Both the position numbers and the translations under genes were made by a program. Of a DNA stretch of 64,000 nucleotides, positions 1-12,585 are shown in pieces. The notes under the pieces were generated by a model that was given only the letters and a program-made list of their open reading frames with translations, ran no database searches and was not told the origin of the DNA. This DNA is from Dudresnaya verticillata (Eukaryota). Within the stretch, counting starts at the first letter, position 1. The number at the start of each line of letters is the position of its first letter. The stretch is taken from contig OZ374558.1 in NCBI GenBank assembly GCA_977862235.1, forward strand, positions 496,001 to 560,000, in the 5' to 3' direction.

Positions 1-343
1 CTGTCCGTGGGAGCCAGACCCTAGTGGTCTGGTCCTATGGTGGAATCGGCCCTGCTGGTCCCAATCTGCGACACGGACATGCGCAGCATTCTCATTGGCT
101 GGCGAGCTACTCTACACACTTTACACAGACTCACTAAAAATAAAGAATAAATACTACAAATACTCCGCTACGGTTGGTGCGCTCCACTTACAGTACAGCG
201 ATTCATACCAGTGCACAGTAATGCGCACACATCCGACACGGCTACACGTTGCCAGATCATCAGCGTGGCGTATTGCCACATCACCCGTTACGGTTGGCTC
301 GCCGTCGGCGTGCGGCATGCGCGCCACGGCTCACTTCACCACA
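1..343 (-). repeat. 3' LTR of element A (partial)
   Basis: Near-identical to 10685-11027 (about 8 substitutions by eye). Abuts the minus-strand PPT AAGGAGGGGGTC. Confidence 0.95.
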
Positions 344-3300
344 GACCCCCTCCTTAAATGGCGCCACGTCCTCGGGCGCCAACCGTCAGGGATTACCTTC
401 TCTTCCACACCCACACACACAACCGATACGGCTATCTTCCTCAAATTCTCCTTCTCCTTCGTGCGCCCGCTTCCAAGATGGCAGGGGAGAAGATCAAGCG
501 CTCCCCCTCCCCCTTTCAACCGACACGGCGTACCCGCGCGAGCTCGACGACGAGGTCGCCGGGTGCGCCTACCGTTGCGGATGCTTCGACTCAACCGCAG
601 GCCTCGTCCTCGGCGTGGCACCACGCACGACGAGTGGTCGTGCGGACGTTACCGCAGCGGAACCGTCACAGGCACTATCAGCGGGCCGCGGCTCGTCTGT
701 CTACGATCCGAATTGGTTTGCTGCTGGCCCAGCCACAAGGAGCACCCGGTTAGGGAATGCAACGACCCACCGTCACGGAGAAGAGTCGGCCAAGGATGAC
801 GACGAGGAGGCCCGACGTGGTGGTGAGGAGCTCAACTTGGCGGACCTACCATCGATTCCGTTACGGACGGCATCGATCCCAGTCTCAACCCCGATGCGGA
901 ACATGGGTGCGAGCCCATATGCGTCAGGCAGTACTCCAAAACGGTCGCGGGTGCCAGTGCGGAGCATGACGCCTACGACAGGCTCTTGGATGCCGATGGC
1001 GCGTACCCGTAGCGGTGAGGTTCCTGCCCCGAGTGGATACTGGCCGGGGCACCATTTCGACCACCGTTCTGGGCGCCCGGCGAGATCCAATGCGGAACTG
1101 GCGAAGGTGAAACCACCGATGACAGTGTCATACTTCATCGAGGGTTATCCAACCGTTTCGGAAGCGCGACGATACCAAGCCGTTTCGGAGCAGCCCTTCA
1201 AGGCAAACCAGCGAATTGGTTTCGTGCCGAACCGGCGGGCGTTTGTTTGGAAAAGCCGATGGGTGCACAGCTACTGCAAGGAACGCACCACTACCGTTTC
1301 GTATTTGTTGTGGTACCGTTGCCACGGAGAAGTTGGGTATACCGCTAAGGTGAGCCGTTTGTTGGCCAAGGCGTTCCGTCTACGGGGTGTACCGATCGGG
1401 GTGCAGTTTATCTGCTTCGACCCACCGTATGACCAGTCGGTGTATTGGTTCCGCGATGTCGACGGGTGGAAAGACGACGCGGTGACGGAACACCGATTGC
1501 AGACGTGTTACCGAGACGGAATGCATGTGGGGGCACCCATCTTGCACACGTGGAATACCAAGGAGTTCTTCCACCTTCCGTATCGGATGCGATGTGAGCT
1601 CTACCTCACAGCTCCGTCGTGGTGGGATAGCTACGAGGTAACTCGTTGGTTATCCGTGCCCACGCCTTCTGTGGTGGCGTACTTCTCTGCGGATCTGCTC
1701 ACGGAGCGGGAGTGGAATCGCGAACATCCGAACGGAGAGCGTGCCCCGAACCAAGATCAACTCGACGTGCTTTGGCGCATCTTCCGATCGGAGTAGGCAA
1801 TACTGGTGCTATTTTCGTGGCTCCAGGTTGCCTACTACGGAGTGCGGTACAATATCAAGCTATCCGACTGGCGCTGCTTCCTGCGTGACGAAGCTGACCT
1901 ACCCGGAGGAGACTGTGGCCGTATTTTTCAACTTCCCGTGACGGTGATCGCCCTAATTCTCCAAGTTGGCGTAGCCAATTTGGTGACGGGGTCGGCGTAT
2001 CCTCTCCATCGGGTTGAGCGTCTTTTATCCGTACACGGAGAGCAGGATTGGCAACGCATTCCGGGCTTCTTGGGGTATAGTTGGGATGAGGGCCGTGTCC
2101 TATCGGTGCCCCCGCTTAGGCCCGGAATGGGTGAGCCATATTTCCTTCATCGAGAAGATCCGCGTCCGGAATGGTTGGCCTTAGAGGTGCAGGCCCATCG
2201 GGGTTATACGCCTCTCCAATCACCAAGGGATGCGTACCGTGACGGTTTGGACGGGGCCGAAGATTGGGGGAGTTGTCAGGAGACAGCGGGGCGTTCGCGT
2301 GCAATCGACCAGCGCGATCCCGTTACGGTAAGGCAGCAAGAAGCTGGTCCCTTCTTGGAAGAACAGGAGGAGGTCATGCCCGTCGCATCAATGGCAGCGA
2401 ATATCGAGAAAACAGCCGCTCCAGTCCTTCCAGTGGTCGCTCCACCCACGTCACGCGATGTAGATCGTGAGACTACTACTCCCGTATCGGATAAGGCCCC
2501 AACGCGCATAGAAGTGGTTGAGCCTATTGTGACGGTGCCTAAACCCGCGGAACCATCCAAGAAGGGGGCTTCGAAGGGGCAGACCGTTTCGGAGGCAGCG
2601 CCCATTACTGTGCCGGCGGCACTGCCTCCTGCGATGCAAATGCCTGCAACCGCCGAACCGCCCCCGACAAGTACTCCGCTGTTGGCACCCACTCCCACAC
2701 CAGTGGTGAGTGAGGCACCGATCACCGTACCGGAAGTGGATCCAAAACGCCCAAGTGCCGGGGCAATTGGTGACAAGCCTTCGGCTCCCGCGTCAAGTCC
2801 TGAACCGTTACGGAAAGCGATATCGCCTTTCCAGAGAAGGACACCAATCCACCTCCGCGGAAGGAAGTACCTTCACCCGAGTCGGGACCATCCGTATTGG
2901 TGGTTTCCTCAACGGAGCGCTCAATCGAAGCCGGGCTTAGGGATAAGCCGTCTATATCCCCGAAGATAGAGTTTCAAGAAGATGAGGATCCCACCGTTAC
3001 GGTTCCGGCTCACTTAGCAGCTACGGAAAGCGGTTTACAGGTGCTACGGGGCATTTGCCGTACACAGTGCTTCCCATTGCCAGGGTCCGTTCAGGAGGTG
3101 CTAACCTTAGCGCAGGGACTGATGGAGAAGGTGATTCATCTCCGCGCAGTGGTCCGTCGTCAGCGTGGGCGTATGGATAATGCGATTCGCGTCTTAGGAG
3201 ACAATACGAAGCGTGCATTCCAATCGGATCCGAGTGGGGAACCCGGCTCACGAACGGGTCAGTGGGCAACGAGGAAGATACAGGTGCCCATGCTCCGAAG

Positions 3301-3346
3301 CGGCGTCGCCGTGACTCTTAGAATTACAGTTCGGCGATCTCCTTAA
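249..3346 (+). pseudogene. Antisense accessory ORF of element A, unknown function (Trp/Tyr-rich core, Pro/Ala/Thr-rich tail, short helical C-terminus)
   Basis: ORFs 249-1796 and 1806-2969 are in frame, split by one TAG where homologues have Trp (FRSE*AILV vs FRHEWIVLV). Probable frameshift into 2897-3346. True start uncertain; first in-frame ATG is at 894. Confidence 0.7.
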
Positions 3347-3421
3347 CGGTTTCAAATATGCCTCGACCTTATCTTGCGATAAACATTGTGTGTTCCCACA
3401 CACTAACATTCCAACTGTCCG

Positions 3422-6400
3422 TTACGGTAAGTGACGTGTTCGGTTAGCACGTCGCCGTTTCTTACCCTTAGCGGATGTCTTTTTCTTTTGCTTCCAATAC
3501 CGGTAGATGAAATTCTGCGGCAACTCCTCCACGGGCTCGTAGGTATCCTGATCCGGAGGGTAACCATACCAGCGGACTTTGTACATCATCCCAGTGGGTT
3601 CTTCGCGGTGACCGACAATCTTGTCGATCACATATTCCGTATCGGCTTGCAGTGGTTCCGTCGCGGAGGGAGTAGTACCTTCAGAATGAGGTACTACTGT
3701 AGCACCTTCTGGATGTGGCACTACTTCTCCGTAGACGTTTGATGGCGTGACAGGCGGCACTGTTAAGGGTGCCGGCTGAACCGCAACTCCGATCGGAACC
3801 TTCGTGATGCGATCGATACTTACTGGGATCAATACCCCTTCCTTGCGGATTGTAACCACATGGTATGTTGCGGATTCCACTTCATAAGGCCCCGTGGCTC
3901 TCGGAAGGAGTTTCTTCATTTCCTGAGCCACCTCGACCACATCATCCGGTTTGCCTTCCAATCGGTCCCGTTCACGGCGTTTGGCAGGCCGCAAGTTATG
4001 GGGCGGCCGGTCGACATACACTTGATCTACGCTACGGATTATGGGCCTAAATCGCACCTTACGGTCAAACAGTGCCTTGGCTTTTTGCTGAGCGACTGTC
4101 TGCTCAGTGCGCGCTGTCTGGAGCGCATACCGTAAACGGCGCATGGTGCTCCGCTTCTGTAGCACTGGGGTCATACGCCCTTCCGTAACGGTTTCTTGAT
4201 GCTCCACAGGAGCCCCTCGTACAACAATGTCCGATGGGTGGCGTGTCAGCACCAAATCAAATGGCGTTGTTTCCGTAATACGGTTTACCTGAATGTTGTA
4301 CGCATACGTCAACGGTTGCAGGTACATATCCCAATTGGAATGATGATCCTCAACGTAATGGCGCAAACGCTGGGCGATTGTCTTATTAAATCGCTCAGCT
4401 TGCCCATTTGTCTGCGGATGGTAGGCAGCGGTAAGTAGATGCCTGACTCCGAGTAAGGAACACACTGCATCAAAGAACTTAACAGTAAACTGCGGTCCAT
4501 TATCGGTTAGGACAAATTGGGGTGCGCCATACGCATACACCCAAAAGTCCAGAAAGGCGTTAGCCACCACAACGGCTGTTGTTGTCCGTAACGAGATACA
4601 GCGCGTCAGCTTAGAGAACCGATCGGTAATTACCAAAACGTAAACATAACCCCGTTTGTCTTCGGAAGTGGCCCGAGAATGTCGATAGCGACAAACTCCA
4701 AAGGTCCGCTAGCGGGGAAAAGTTTCATAAACCTTTGATTCCGAAAGCGGGTTCCCTTTGTCTTCACGCAGGAGCGACATGTCCGAACGGATTCAAATAC
4801 ATCGTTGGCCATATGAGGCCAATAATAATCCTGTCGGAGTGTATAATACATCTTAATTCTGCCTGGGTGACCCGACATCAGGGTGTAGTGGGATAAATAC
4901 AATACCCGTCCACGGAGTTAGCTTGGCACCACCTTCTGCAGAGCACCATCCAATTGGGACTTGCGTACCAAGAATCCGTTACGTTCATAGTCAAACTGTG
5001 ATCCAGGGGAGCCTACCGTATCGGCTTTGAGACGACAGAAAGGGTCTCTGGCTTGCGCTTGAAGGAACGCCTCCCTGGTAATTGTCTCATCCTTAACGTC
5101 GGATTCTTGGATTGCAGTAAACCGTGACGATATTGCGTCGGGCTTGTCAGGGGAGGCGGATGCACTTCCACTGGCGGGATCCACGGCGCATATTACGTTA
5201 TTTTCCGTATCGGTTTCTTGTGATGTGGCCCAATCGGTTAAATAAACTCCATGCTCATATAATCCGTCGACGGTATTTTCGGCGACAAAGCAGGGTATCT
5301 CTTCATCCAAAGGTCTATCGTCACCGCCATCCGTTCGGAGTCGCGACACCCAATCGGTGAGTTGATGCTTAATTCCTGGACGGTATTGCACCTCAAATTC
5401 AAATTCCGATAGGCGGAGCCTCCACCTGGCTAGGCGGCCAGATGAGTCTGCGAGGTTCAGGATCCACCGCAGGGCATCGTGATCCGTTCGGAGAATAAAC
5501 TTGTCACCGTAAAGGTAGGGTCGGAGTGTTAACATGCTCCAGACCACGGCTAAGCATTCCTTTTCGGTTGTAGTATAGTTTTCCTCCGCATCGGTGAGGC
5601 TTCGGCTCCAGTATCCAATAGGGAGGTGATCGCCATTCGATTGTTCCTGCAGAAGGACACAGCCGACTTGATGGTCACATGCGTCAGTGTCCAACGTATA
5701 TTTATATCCGTGACGGGGTAGAGCCAATACAGGTGGAGAGATAAGGCGTCTCTTCAGTTCCTCGAAAGCTTCGTATTCCGTATCGGATAATATACCAAAC
5801 TCGAAGGGTGAGCCCTTGCCGGTTTTCCTATTCAATGGTGCTGAAATTCGAGCGAAGTTGGGTACAAAGCGACGATACACGTTGCACATCCCCAAGAAGG
5901 ATCGTAATTCCGTTTGGTTAGTCGGCGGCTTCGCGACTTTAACGGATTGGATATTCCGAATATCTAATTCTAATTTTCCGGGACGGATAACATGCCCCAG
6001 GTATTGTACAGACGCGTTGAAGAAGTCACATTTTGACAATTTCAACGTTACCCCAGCGGATCGTAAAAGCGTAAGGACTTCCTTCAAGTAGTGGAAATGT
6101 TCCGTAACGGTTTTTGAGTAGATAATTACATCGTCTAGGTATACGAGGGCAAATTTCCATTTAACCGTAGAAAGGATTATATCCACTGCCCGTTTGAAGG
6201 TTGCCGGTGCATTGTTCCACCCGAATGGCATTCTCCGGAAACGTTATAAGCCAAAATGGCTAGTGAAAGTAGTTTTGTCCCTTTCCTCTTCCGGAATCTC
6301 GACTTGCCAATATCTGCTATTGCAATCCAGGGTGGTAAATACAGTAGCTTCCCCAAGGGAATCTATGCACTCATCCATCCTGGGCAAGGGATATGAGTCC

Positions 6401-7765
6401 CTAACCGTCACGGAATTGAGCCTTCTATAGTCAACACAAAACCGCATGGTGCCGTCCTTTTTTGGAATGAAAACCACGGGACTGGCCCATTCCGATGAGG
6501 CTGGCTCAATTACCTTAGCGGAAAGCATGCGATCGATCTCTGTCTTTTCGAGATCTCGCTGCTTATGTCCGGCACGGTATGGGGCTGGATATACTGGCTT
6601 AGCTCCGGGAGTTAACTCGATGCGGTGCTTGGCAGCTTTAATGTTGCCAAGATCGCCACTCCACATCGACTTGTATTCCTCGAGTAGGGTTCAAATCCGT
6701 TTATGGAGCGATGCTTCTTCTGTACTGATCTGGACTCGATCCTTCCAGTCGGTAGTGTTTGTAGTTTCCGTTACGGGTTTGCTTACTTCATTGTCGTGAG
6801 GTTAGATGCTGCTGGCCTTTTCGGAGTTGAGGTTAGAATTAAATAATTGAATAATTCCTCCCCCCTCCTTAAGTGGAGGTATACCGTCAACGGTAAAAAT
6901 AGCAGAAGGGGCAGCAGTAGCGAGGCCCACGACAGTAGATTTGGGCAACCTTACCGGCTTGTTAGAAAAACTAGAGACCCAGATCCGAAACGGTTTCTTA
7001 GGTACAACCTCCATAATACCATTAGCCATTGACGTAAGGTGCTTAAAAGACGGCTTAGGATGATTTTGTAGAAAGCATAACCCACCCGTGGGGGTATTAA
7101 CCGTTACGGAGGTTTGAGTCATAGGGGGAATAAGGGTAGATCTTGCTAAACGAATTTTCTGAGAGACTGTAGCGGTGGATAAAGATGAGGGCTGTAGGGT
7201 TGCGGCGGTACCCGTCTTCGGAAGTTTGGCTTGACCAACAAGGGATACCGGGGGGGTAATGGTGAAAAACAACTTTCCGTAACGGGGGAAGGATGGCCTT
7301 CGCATAGCGGTCGATGAAGGTAGTCCCCAAGATACACGGAGCAGCTACGTTCGCGACCACAAGGAAGTGGACGCGGGAACGGAGCTCTCCGATACGGACG
7401 AAAAGCTGGATCTGACCAAGGGGGCGGATAGCGCGATTAGATGCATCCCATAGCGGAGGACTGGTGGCGGGGCGAATGAGGGGTAGCCATTGACGGGGAA
7501 GTCGCCTGGCACTAATGAGATTTGGCCCCGCGCCAGAGTCCAATGCGGAGATTATAGGAAGCATCACGCTATCGGTCCGTCCCACGGTAATTTGAATCTT
7601 ATAATTTTGTTGTTGCATAACACATATAGGATCATTGGTCTGAAAAGCCAATGGGAGTTCCGTAACGGTATCTCGCCGATCCCCGGGCGAGTCCACACTC
7701 ACGAGAGGTGGAACGCCGTGAGGCGGGGATGGCGGCGCCCTTACGCGTCCCCCCTTGCGTTTTCC
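3422..7765 (-). pseudogene. pol: Pol of element A: aspartic protease, RT, RNase H, integrase, chromodomain (several frameshifts/stops)
   Basis: LDSGAGPNLI (PR); YPLPRMDE, MPFG, YLDD (RT); TDAC/EKEC (RH); HPG..C..C, TDNG, YHPQTNGQAERFN (IN); YVIDKIVGH..YKVRWYGYPPDQDTYEP (chromodomain). Confidence 0.95.
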
Positions 7766-10205
7766 GAAATCAAGGGTGCACCAGTCGGATCCGCCTCCAT
7801 GGGCTCGCGCAATTCCGCGTATTCCACTCCGTCATGGTCCCCCACCGATAATATCGGGGCATTCCGTTGCGGAGGGGGCGTTTGCGGCATGCCCCGATTC
7901 CCTTACGGATTCCAACTGGTTCCGACGACAAACCTGCAGCCTACAGGGTAGTGCCTCTGGAAGTTGCGCTCACGCTCTTCCATGAGCTTAACCCGATCGG
8001 CGGCGTTTATCCACGGGAAAACGACATGTTCGGCGGAAAGGCAGATGCGGCAATTGCCGCTTCCGTAAAGGCGTCGGACCCGAGGATCCGACTCATCCCG
8101 TAGCGGAGGTGCTGGTTGCTGCTGTCCTCGCCCATCGTGGGCATTATTTCCGTAACGGTGACTCGGCTGCTGTTGGGGGCCAGGAGGCGGGCGAGATCCA
8201 CAATAGGGGGGACCTTGCGCGCGTGGCATCCTGGGTGGCGTAGGTTGCACGCTTTGCGGGGGTGAAGAGTACGGGGTTGTACTTGTTCCCGTAGCGGTAT
8301 CATGACCTCCCTCGCCTGCTAGCACGCGATTATCCGTAGCGGAAAGATTCCATTGCGACTCGTAGTGTACATCCGATACGGAATCCAGCGATAACATCTT
8401 AGACGGGCGTGCTTTAGTGCGCCCATCAAAGACGTGAGCCGGAACGGTTTGGCGTCGAGCTGCCCGATGGGACTGACCTAGGCCAGTCGCATAGCGAGTG
8501 AAAGCCGGGTAATCCAGCTGGGAATGCGTTGCAAGATAATTTCGCATCTGTTGACGCGTCCCAGGTAGGAGCCCCTCGACGAACAGTGACTTCAATGCCC
8601 GATCGGAAAATACAGTACCGCAGCGGAGAGCCTTTGCCCAGAGTTGGTTATAGAACTGCTCTTCCGTCATGGTGGATGTTTGCCTGAAATTACTGACATC
8701 CGTATAGGCTTCATCGATTACTTCATCCGTAGCGTAAGTCCTCAGTAGTAAATTCACCACCTCGAAGTAAGAGCGGAACATCTCAGCCTGCTCCACATCA
8801 ACCGCCATGGTACCCCCAGTAAGCCTAGCCTGTAGAAGGGCTTCGGCTTGCCCTTTTAGGAAAAAATGGAAGTACCAGACGGCAACCCCTTCGGCGATTC
8901 CATTGATATTACAAACGCCACAGAACTTGGCGAGAAATCCCAAGACGGTAATAGGGTCCGTCCCATCGAATGTATGGGACGACATCTGGACGTCGAGTTT
9001 CTTCCGTATACGGCTCAAGTTCTATGAGAACTTAGAGCTGTACTTCTTACTCCACTTATCAGATTGATAGGTGCGGTAGTCCAGCGCCTTGACAAACGTG
9101 TCATGTAGCGGCCGGATTACCTTCACCTTTCCGGATTTGGCACCGTGTTTTCTGGCCCGGTGCCTGTTCTCTCTATACGTTAGGGAAGAACTCTCTGAGT
9201 CTGAATCCGTAGAGGTAGAGGAGTCATGCCTTTTTCGCGTTTCCGCGATCTTCTGTTTCTCCTCTTTCGGCGGCGGTGTTGGCTATCTTCTGAGCTGCTC
9301 TCATTAGATTCCATACCGGATTGGTGGCGTCGTCGCTGGGTGCGGTCGCCCATGTGCGACCGACGGGGCGGGTCAGAGCGGGAGTGTCGGGCATCTCGTT
9401 TATGCCGATCTTGACCGGTCCTCCGACTCGGATGGGGTGAGCTGGACGCATCGCTGAGATGGTCGCTGCCTCCACCTGATCGAACCGGAACGGTATAGCG
9501 CTCTTGCTGATAGCGCCCTGGCGTAGGCACATCTACGTTCCAGGAGAATACCATGACGGTGGCTGAGTGTGTGTTGGTCCCGTAGGGGCGTATGGATGTT
9601 GCGAATCCGTTAACGGGATCCGGTGGCAGTTGCCCAGAGGTTACTGTACCCGGCTGTAATCCCATAAACGGGGGTTGTTGCGGCTGCTGCGTTCTTCCCT
9701 CGACCGGGAAGTCATTCCGTAACGGTGGTTGCTCAGTGAAAGCTTCCGTAGCGTGAGGCCTTGCCATGCCGGGAGCAATCTAGCTCTCGAGCTCGGCGGC
9801 CACCTTTTCCTGTAGGATCAAAGCTTGCTCTATCCGAGGAAGGTGCTGCTCCAGATAGGAATTAACCAAAGACGTAACAGTTTCCGAGAGGGATATCTCC
9901 ACCTCTTTTACCATTCCAGGTTGTACTTCCAATCCGAGATGCTTTAACACCCTAGGAAGGACCTCCGACAGAACCCAGTGGACCCGATGGGATTCCGGCT
10001 TGGGTTGCGGAGCTGCCTTATTTGAGGCGTCTGATCCGACACGGGAATGGGGAGCTTTACCAGCAGCACCCTTAAGGATGTCTTCTGGGTTCTCCACTCC
10101 GGAACGGATTTCACCACCCTCACTGCGCAGACTGCGCGCAGCGGGGGTAGTGTCACCCGCTTTAGGTTCCGTAACGGGAGGTTCTGCGTGTTCTTCGTTC
10201 TGCAT
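7741..10205 (-). pseudogene. gag: Gag of element A (fragmented)
   Basis: ORF pieces 9780-10205, 9180-9767 and 7903-9018 upstream of pol. FDGTDPITVLGFL block is highly similar to gag of element I. Ends ...SENARGDA* at 7741. Confidence 0.85.
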
Positions 10206-10330
10206 GATACCTTAACGGAATACAACGGTTGTTCTTGCTTGTCTATCCAATATTCCGTAACGGGTTGTCGGTACAGCCGAGTTCCTACCGGAGCGGATTT
10301 CGACGGCTGTTTCTTCCAACCGTGACGGTG

Positions 10331-10348
10331 TTCTAGGTCGGGAGACCA
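10331..10348 (-). promoter_or_regulatory. Primer-binding site of element A (tRNA-Tyr-like)
   Basis: TGGTCTCCCGACCTAGAA, 5 nt inside the 5' LTR. Complement ends G72-A73-CCA. The tRNA assignment is inference. Confidence 0.85.
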
Positions 10349-10353
10349 AAAGA

Positions 10354-11027
10354 TGTGGTGTAGTGAAGACCCACGAACTCCGAGACGGACAGCTGGCCTG
10401 ACTTTCCTTAACGGACGAGAGAAACACTACCTCGACGGCGTGGTAGAGCGGTTCGCACCGAAACGGGAGAACAGCGAGCGGCTAACCGAGACGGATATTG
10501 GGAAGCAACAGACAAGGGGTTGGTGCAAGTGCCGGGACGGACTCCCTACCGGTGGTGGTGGTAGACCGCAACGGGCTCGGCGCGGGGAAAACCGTAAAGG
10601 ATTGGGCTAAGGTTGCTTACCCGTTTACCTTAGGAGCCGCTGCGGTGCCGCCCTGATATACAAGTCAGGATGGCACCGGCGGTCCGGTCCGTGGGAGCCA
10701 GACCCTAGTGGTCTGGTCCTATGGTGGAATTGGCCCTGCTGGTCCCAATCTCCGACACGGACATGCGCAGCATTCTCATTGGCTGGCGAGCTACTCTACA
10801 CACTGTACACAGACTCACTAAAAATAAAGAATAAATACTACAAATACTCCGCTACGGTTGGTGCGCTCCACTTACAGTACAGCGATTCATACCAGTGCAC
10901 AGTAATGCGCACACACCCGACACGGCTACACGTTGCCAGATCATCAGTGTGGCGTATTGCCATATCACCCGTTACGCTTGGCTCGCCGTCGGCGTGCGGC
11001 ATGCGCGCCACGGCTCACTTCACCACA
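10354..11027 (-). repeat. 5' LTR of element A (674 bp)
   Basis: TG...CA ends with inverted TGTGGTG/CACCACA. Matches 1-343. Adjacent to the PBS. Confidence 0.95.
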
Positions 11028-11337
11028 TCTATGATCGCCCTTCCGCGTCAATGTCCGTCTTTGACGTGTATCCCCTTTTTTCCCTCCGAGAAGCTCGGTG
11101 GTTCTTCACCCCTAGCGCCCAAGAGCGGATATCGCCGCTATTGGCGTGGGCTACGTGCCGGACTACCACGCACACATCCACTCAGTCGTGGACTTGTGTT
11201 TCCCCTTTTTCCATTTCTACCGCCTCGGGAGTTTACAGTCCGCCCTTGGCGTGTTACCAGACTCTACCCCCTTCTACCGCCCTCGGCACTCATCTTCCAG
11301 AGGCGAGCTACCGGCCGGGCTACGAACGGCTCGAACA
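11028..11337 (+). repeat. 3' part of another LTR ('H'), apparent host of element A
   Basis: Shares the GTTTACAGTCCGCCCT.GGCGTGTTA motif and pyrimidine tract with B-family LTRs. Ends ...GAACA where DIRS coding sequence begins. Confidence 0.55.
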
Positions 11338-12585
11338 GTGTTTCCGTCTTAGACGTTTTGCACTGCAATGGCGAAGGCGGTAGAGAGGCCTGACAGAGCA
11401 TCCTTCGCACACTGTGCGCAGATCGCGTCCAAAATCTGTGTAGAAAGCGGAGATGGGGACTTTTTTGCCACCAGTATGTTCCAACCACCTAATGTATGCC
11501 GTAAAAACGGCAGAGTGTGGCATAGACTTCAGGTCGAACTGACGTCTAGCGTGGCCGGTCTCGTAGTCGCACCCAGACCCGCCGAAGAGAGGTAGCGGTG
11601 GTGGTAGAGCGGTGGTGTCGGCCGCGCGCGCCGTCGACGGTCGCGGATCAACGGCATCGAAGCCTGAGCGCGCACGGGGCGTACCGTACGCGGGCGTCAG
11701 CGGCCGGATCCCTGCGTCCCCATCGTGGGGCAGCACGAAGCCGAGGGTAGGGAAAGGAAAAGGAAAGCCGTAGGGCGAAGTACTGGGAAGGAAACCCAAA
11801 GCAGAAAGGGGCAAGCCTGGCGTAGGCTGGCTTCCCTGGTTTACTCCGGCCCAGAGGGGCGACTATTAGATATACTACAGGGCCTGCGGCGGTACCAACC
11901 CGGGAGGTGTGCCGGCGCGCCCCAACACGTGTCGACGCGTACGGGTAACGGTAACCCGGGGGCGCGCGTGGGCGAAACGGTCCAGACGTACTCAACGGCT
12001 CGATGCCGGAGTGCGCGCGCGCGTGTCACGCACTCAACGGCTCTGCGCCGGAGTGCGTGCGCACGGCACGCAGGACAGCAGGGCGTTCGACCGCCGCTCA
12101 CACTAGACGGTGCTGTACACTACACAACAATAAACGTATAAATTACATGAGAGTTTCAGTGTCACACGCGTACACGTGCACGCGCGGGCGCCACTGCGCT
12201 CTTCCTTACAGTTCAGCGGGGCTTCGGCGCCACCGGCTGACAGCGTGCGCACAGCAGTGCACACATGGTGCAGCTGGTGTTACAGCTGCGCGTGCGTGGC
12301 ACAGCTGGTCTTACAGCTATACCACACAGAGTACGCCGCAAGGAGGCTTCGAAGAACTCAATACCACAAGGCGTGTTGACCGCGCGCTGTCGTCTGCAGC
12401 TGTGGGGGTCTTCATGAAAACGGAACGTTATGGAAGCGACAAGGGCGCTGTCCAGCTTCTGTGGGTAAAGCGTTGTTGGAATATTACACGAAAGCCATCT
12501 GCAAAAGACCGTATCAGCTTCTTGGTATGCTCGCACTGTCTCCGGCTTGAACGAAGCACTAGCGAGGAGGCCCATCATTCGCATT
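11338..12585 (-). pseudogene. Tyrosine recombinase N-terminal part (split by solo LTR 11516-12326, truncated)
   Basis: MMGLLASASFKPETVRAYQ...; removing the LTR restores EASLRRTL|PFLRHTLGGWNILVAKKSPSPLS. Overlaps the RNase H end as in DIRS elements. Catalytic C-terminus not seen. Confidence 0.6.
11516..12326. repeat. Solo LTR 'G' (811 bp) with 5-bp TSD CAGAG
   Basis: TGTGGCATAG...CTATACCACA inverted ends. CAGAG at 11511-11515 and 12327-12331. Excision restores the host reading frame. Confidence 0.9.

Larger units (their letters stand above)
1..11027 (-). mobile_element. Ty3/Gypsy chromodomain-bearing LTR retrotransposon 'A' (3' LTR cut by the window edge), degenerate
   Basis: LTR copies at <1-343 and 10354-11027 (TGTGGTG...CACCACA). 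PBS 10331-10348, PPT 344-356. gag-PR-RT-RH-IN-chromodomain order on the minus strand. Confidence 0.95.

Noticed and set aside
95..799. ORFs 95-799 and 10779-11393 with identical N-termini
   Set aside because: Both start inside LTR A and diverge exactly at the LTR end, so the identity reflects the repeat rather than a gene pair.
249..3346. Antisense ORFs as env-like genes
   Set aside because: They lie opposite to pol, and I see no clear signal peptide or C-terminal transmembrane anchor.
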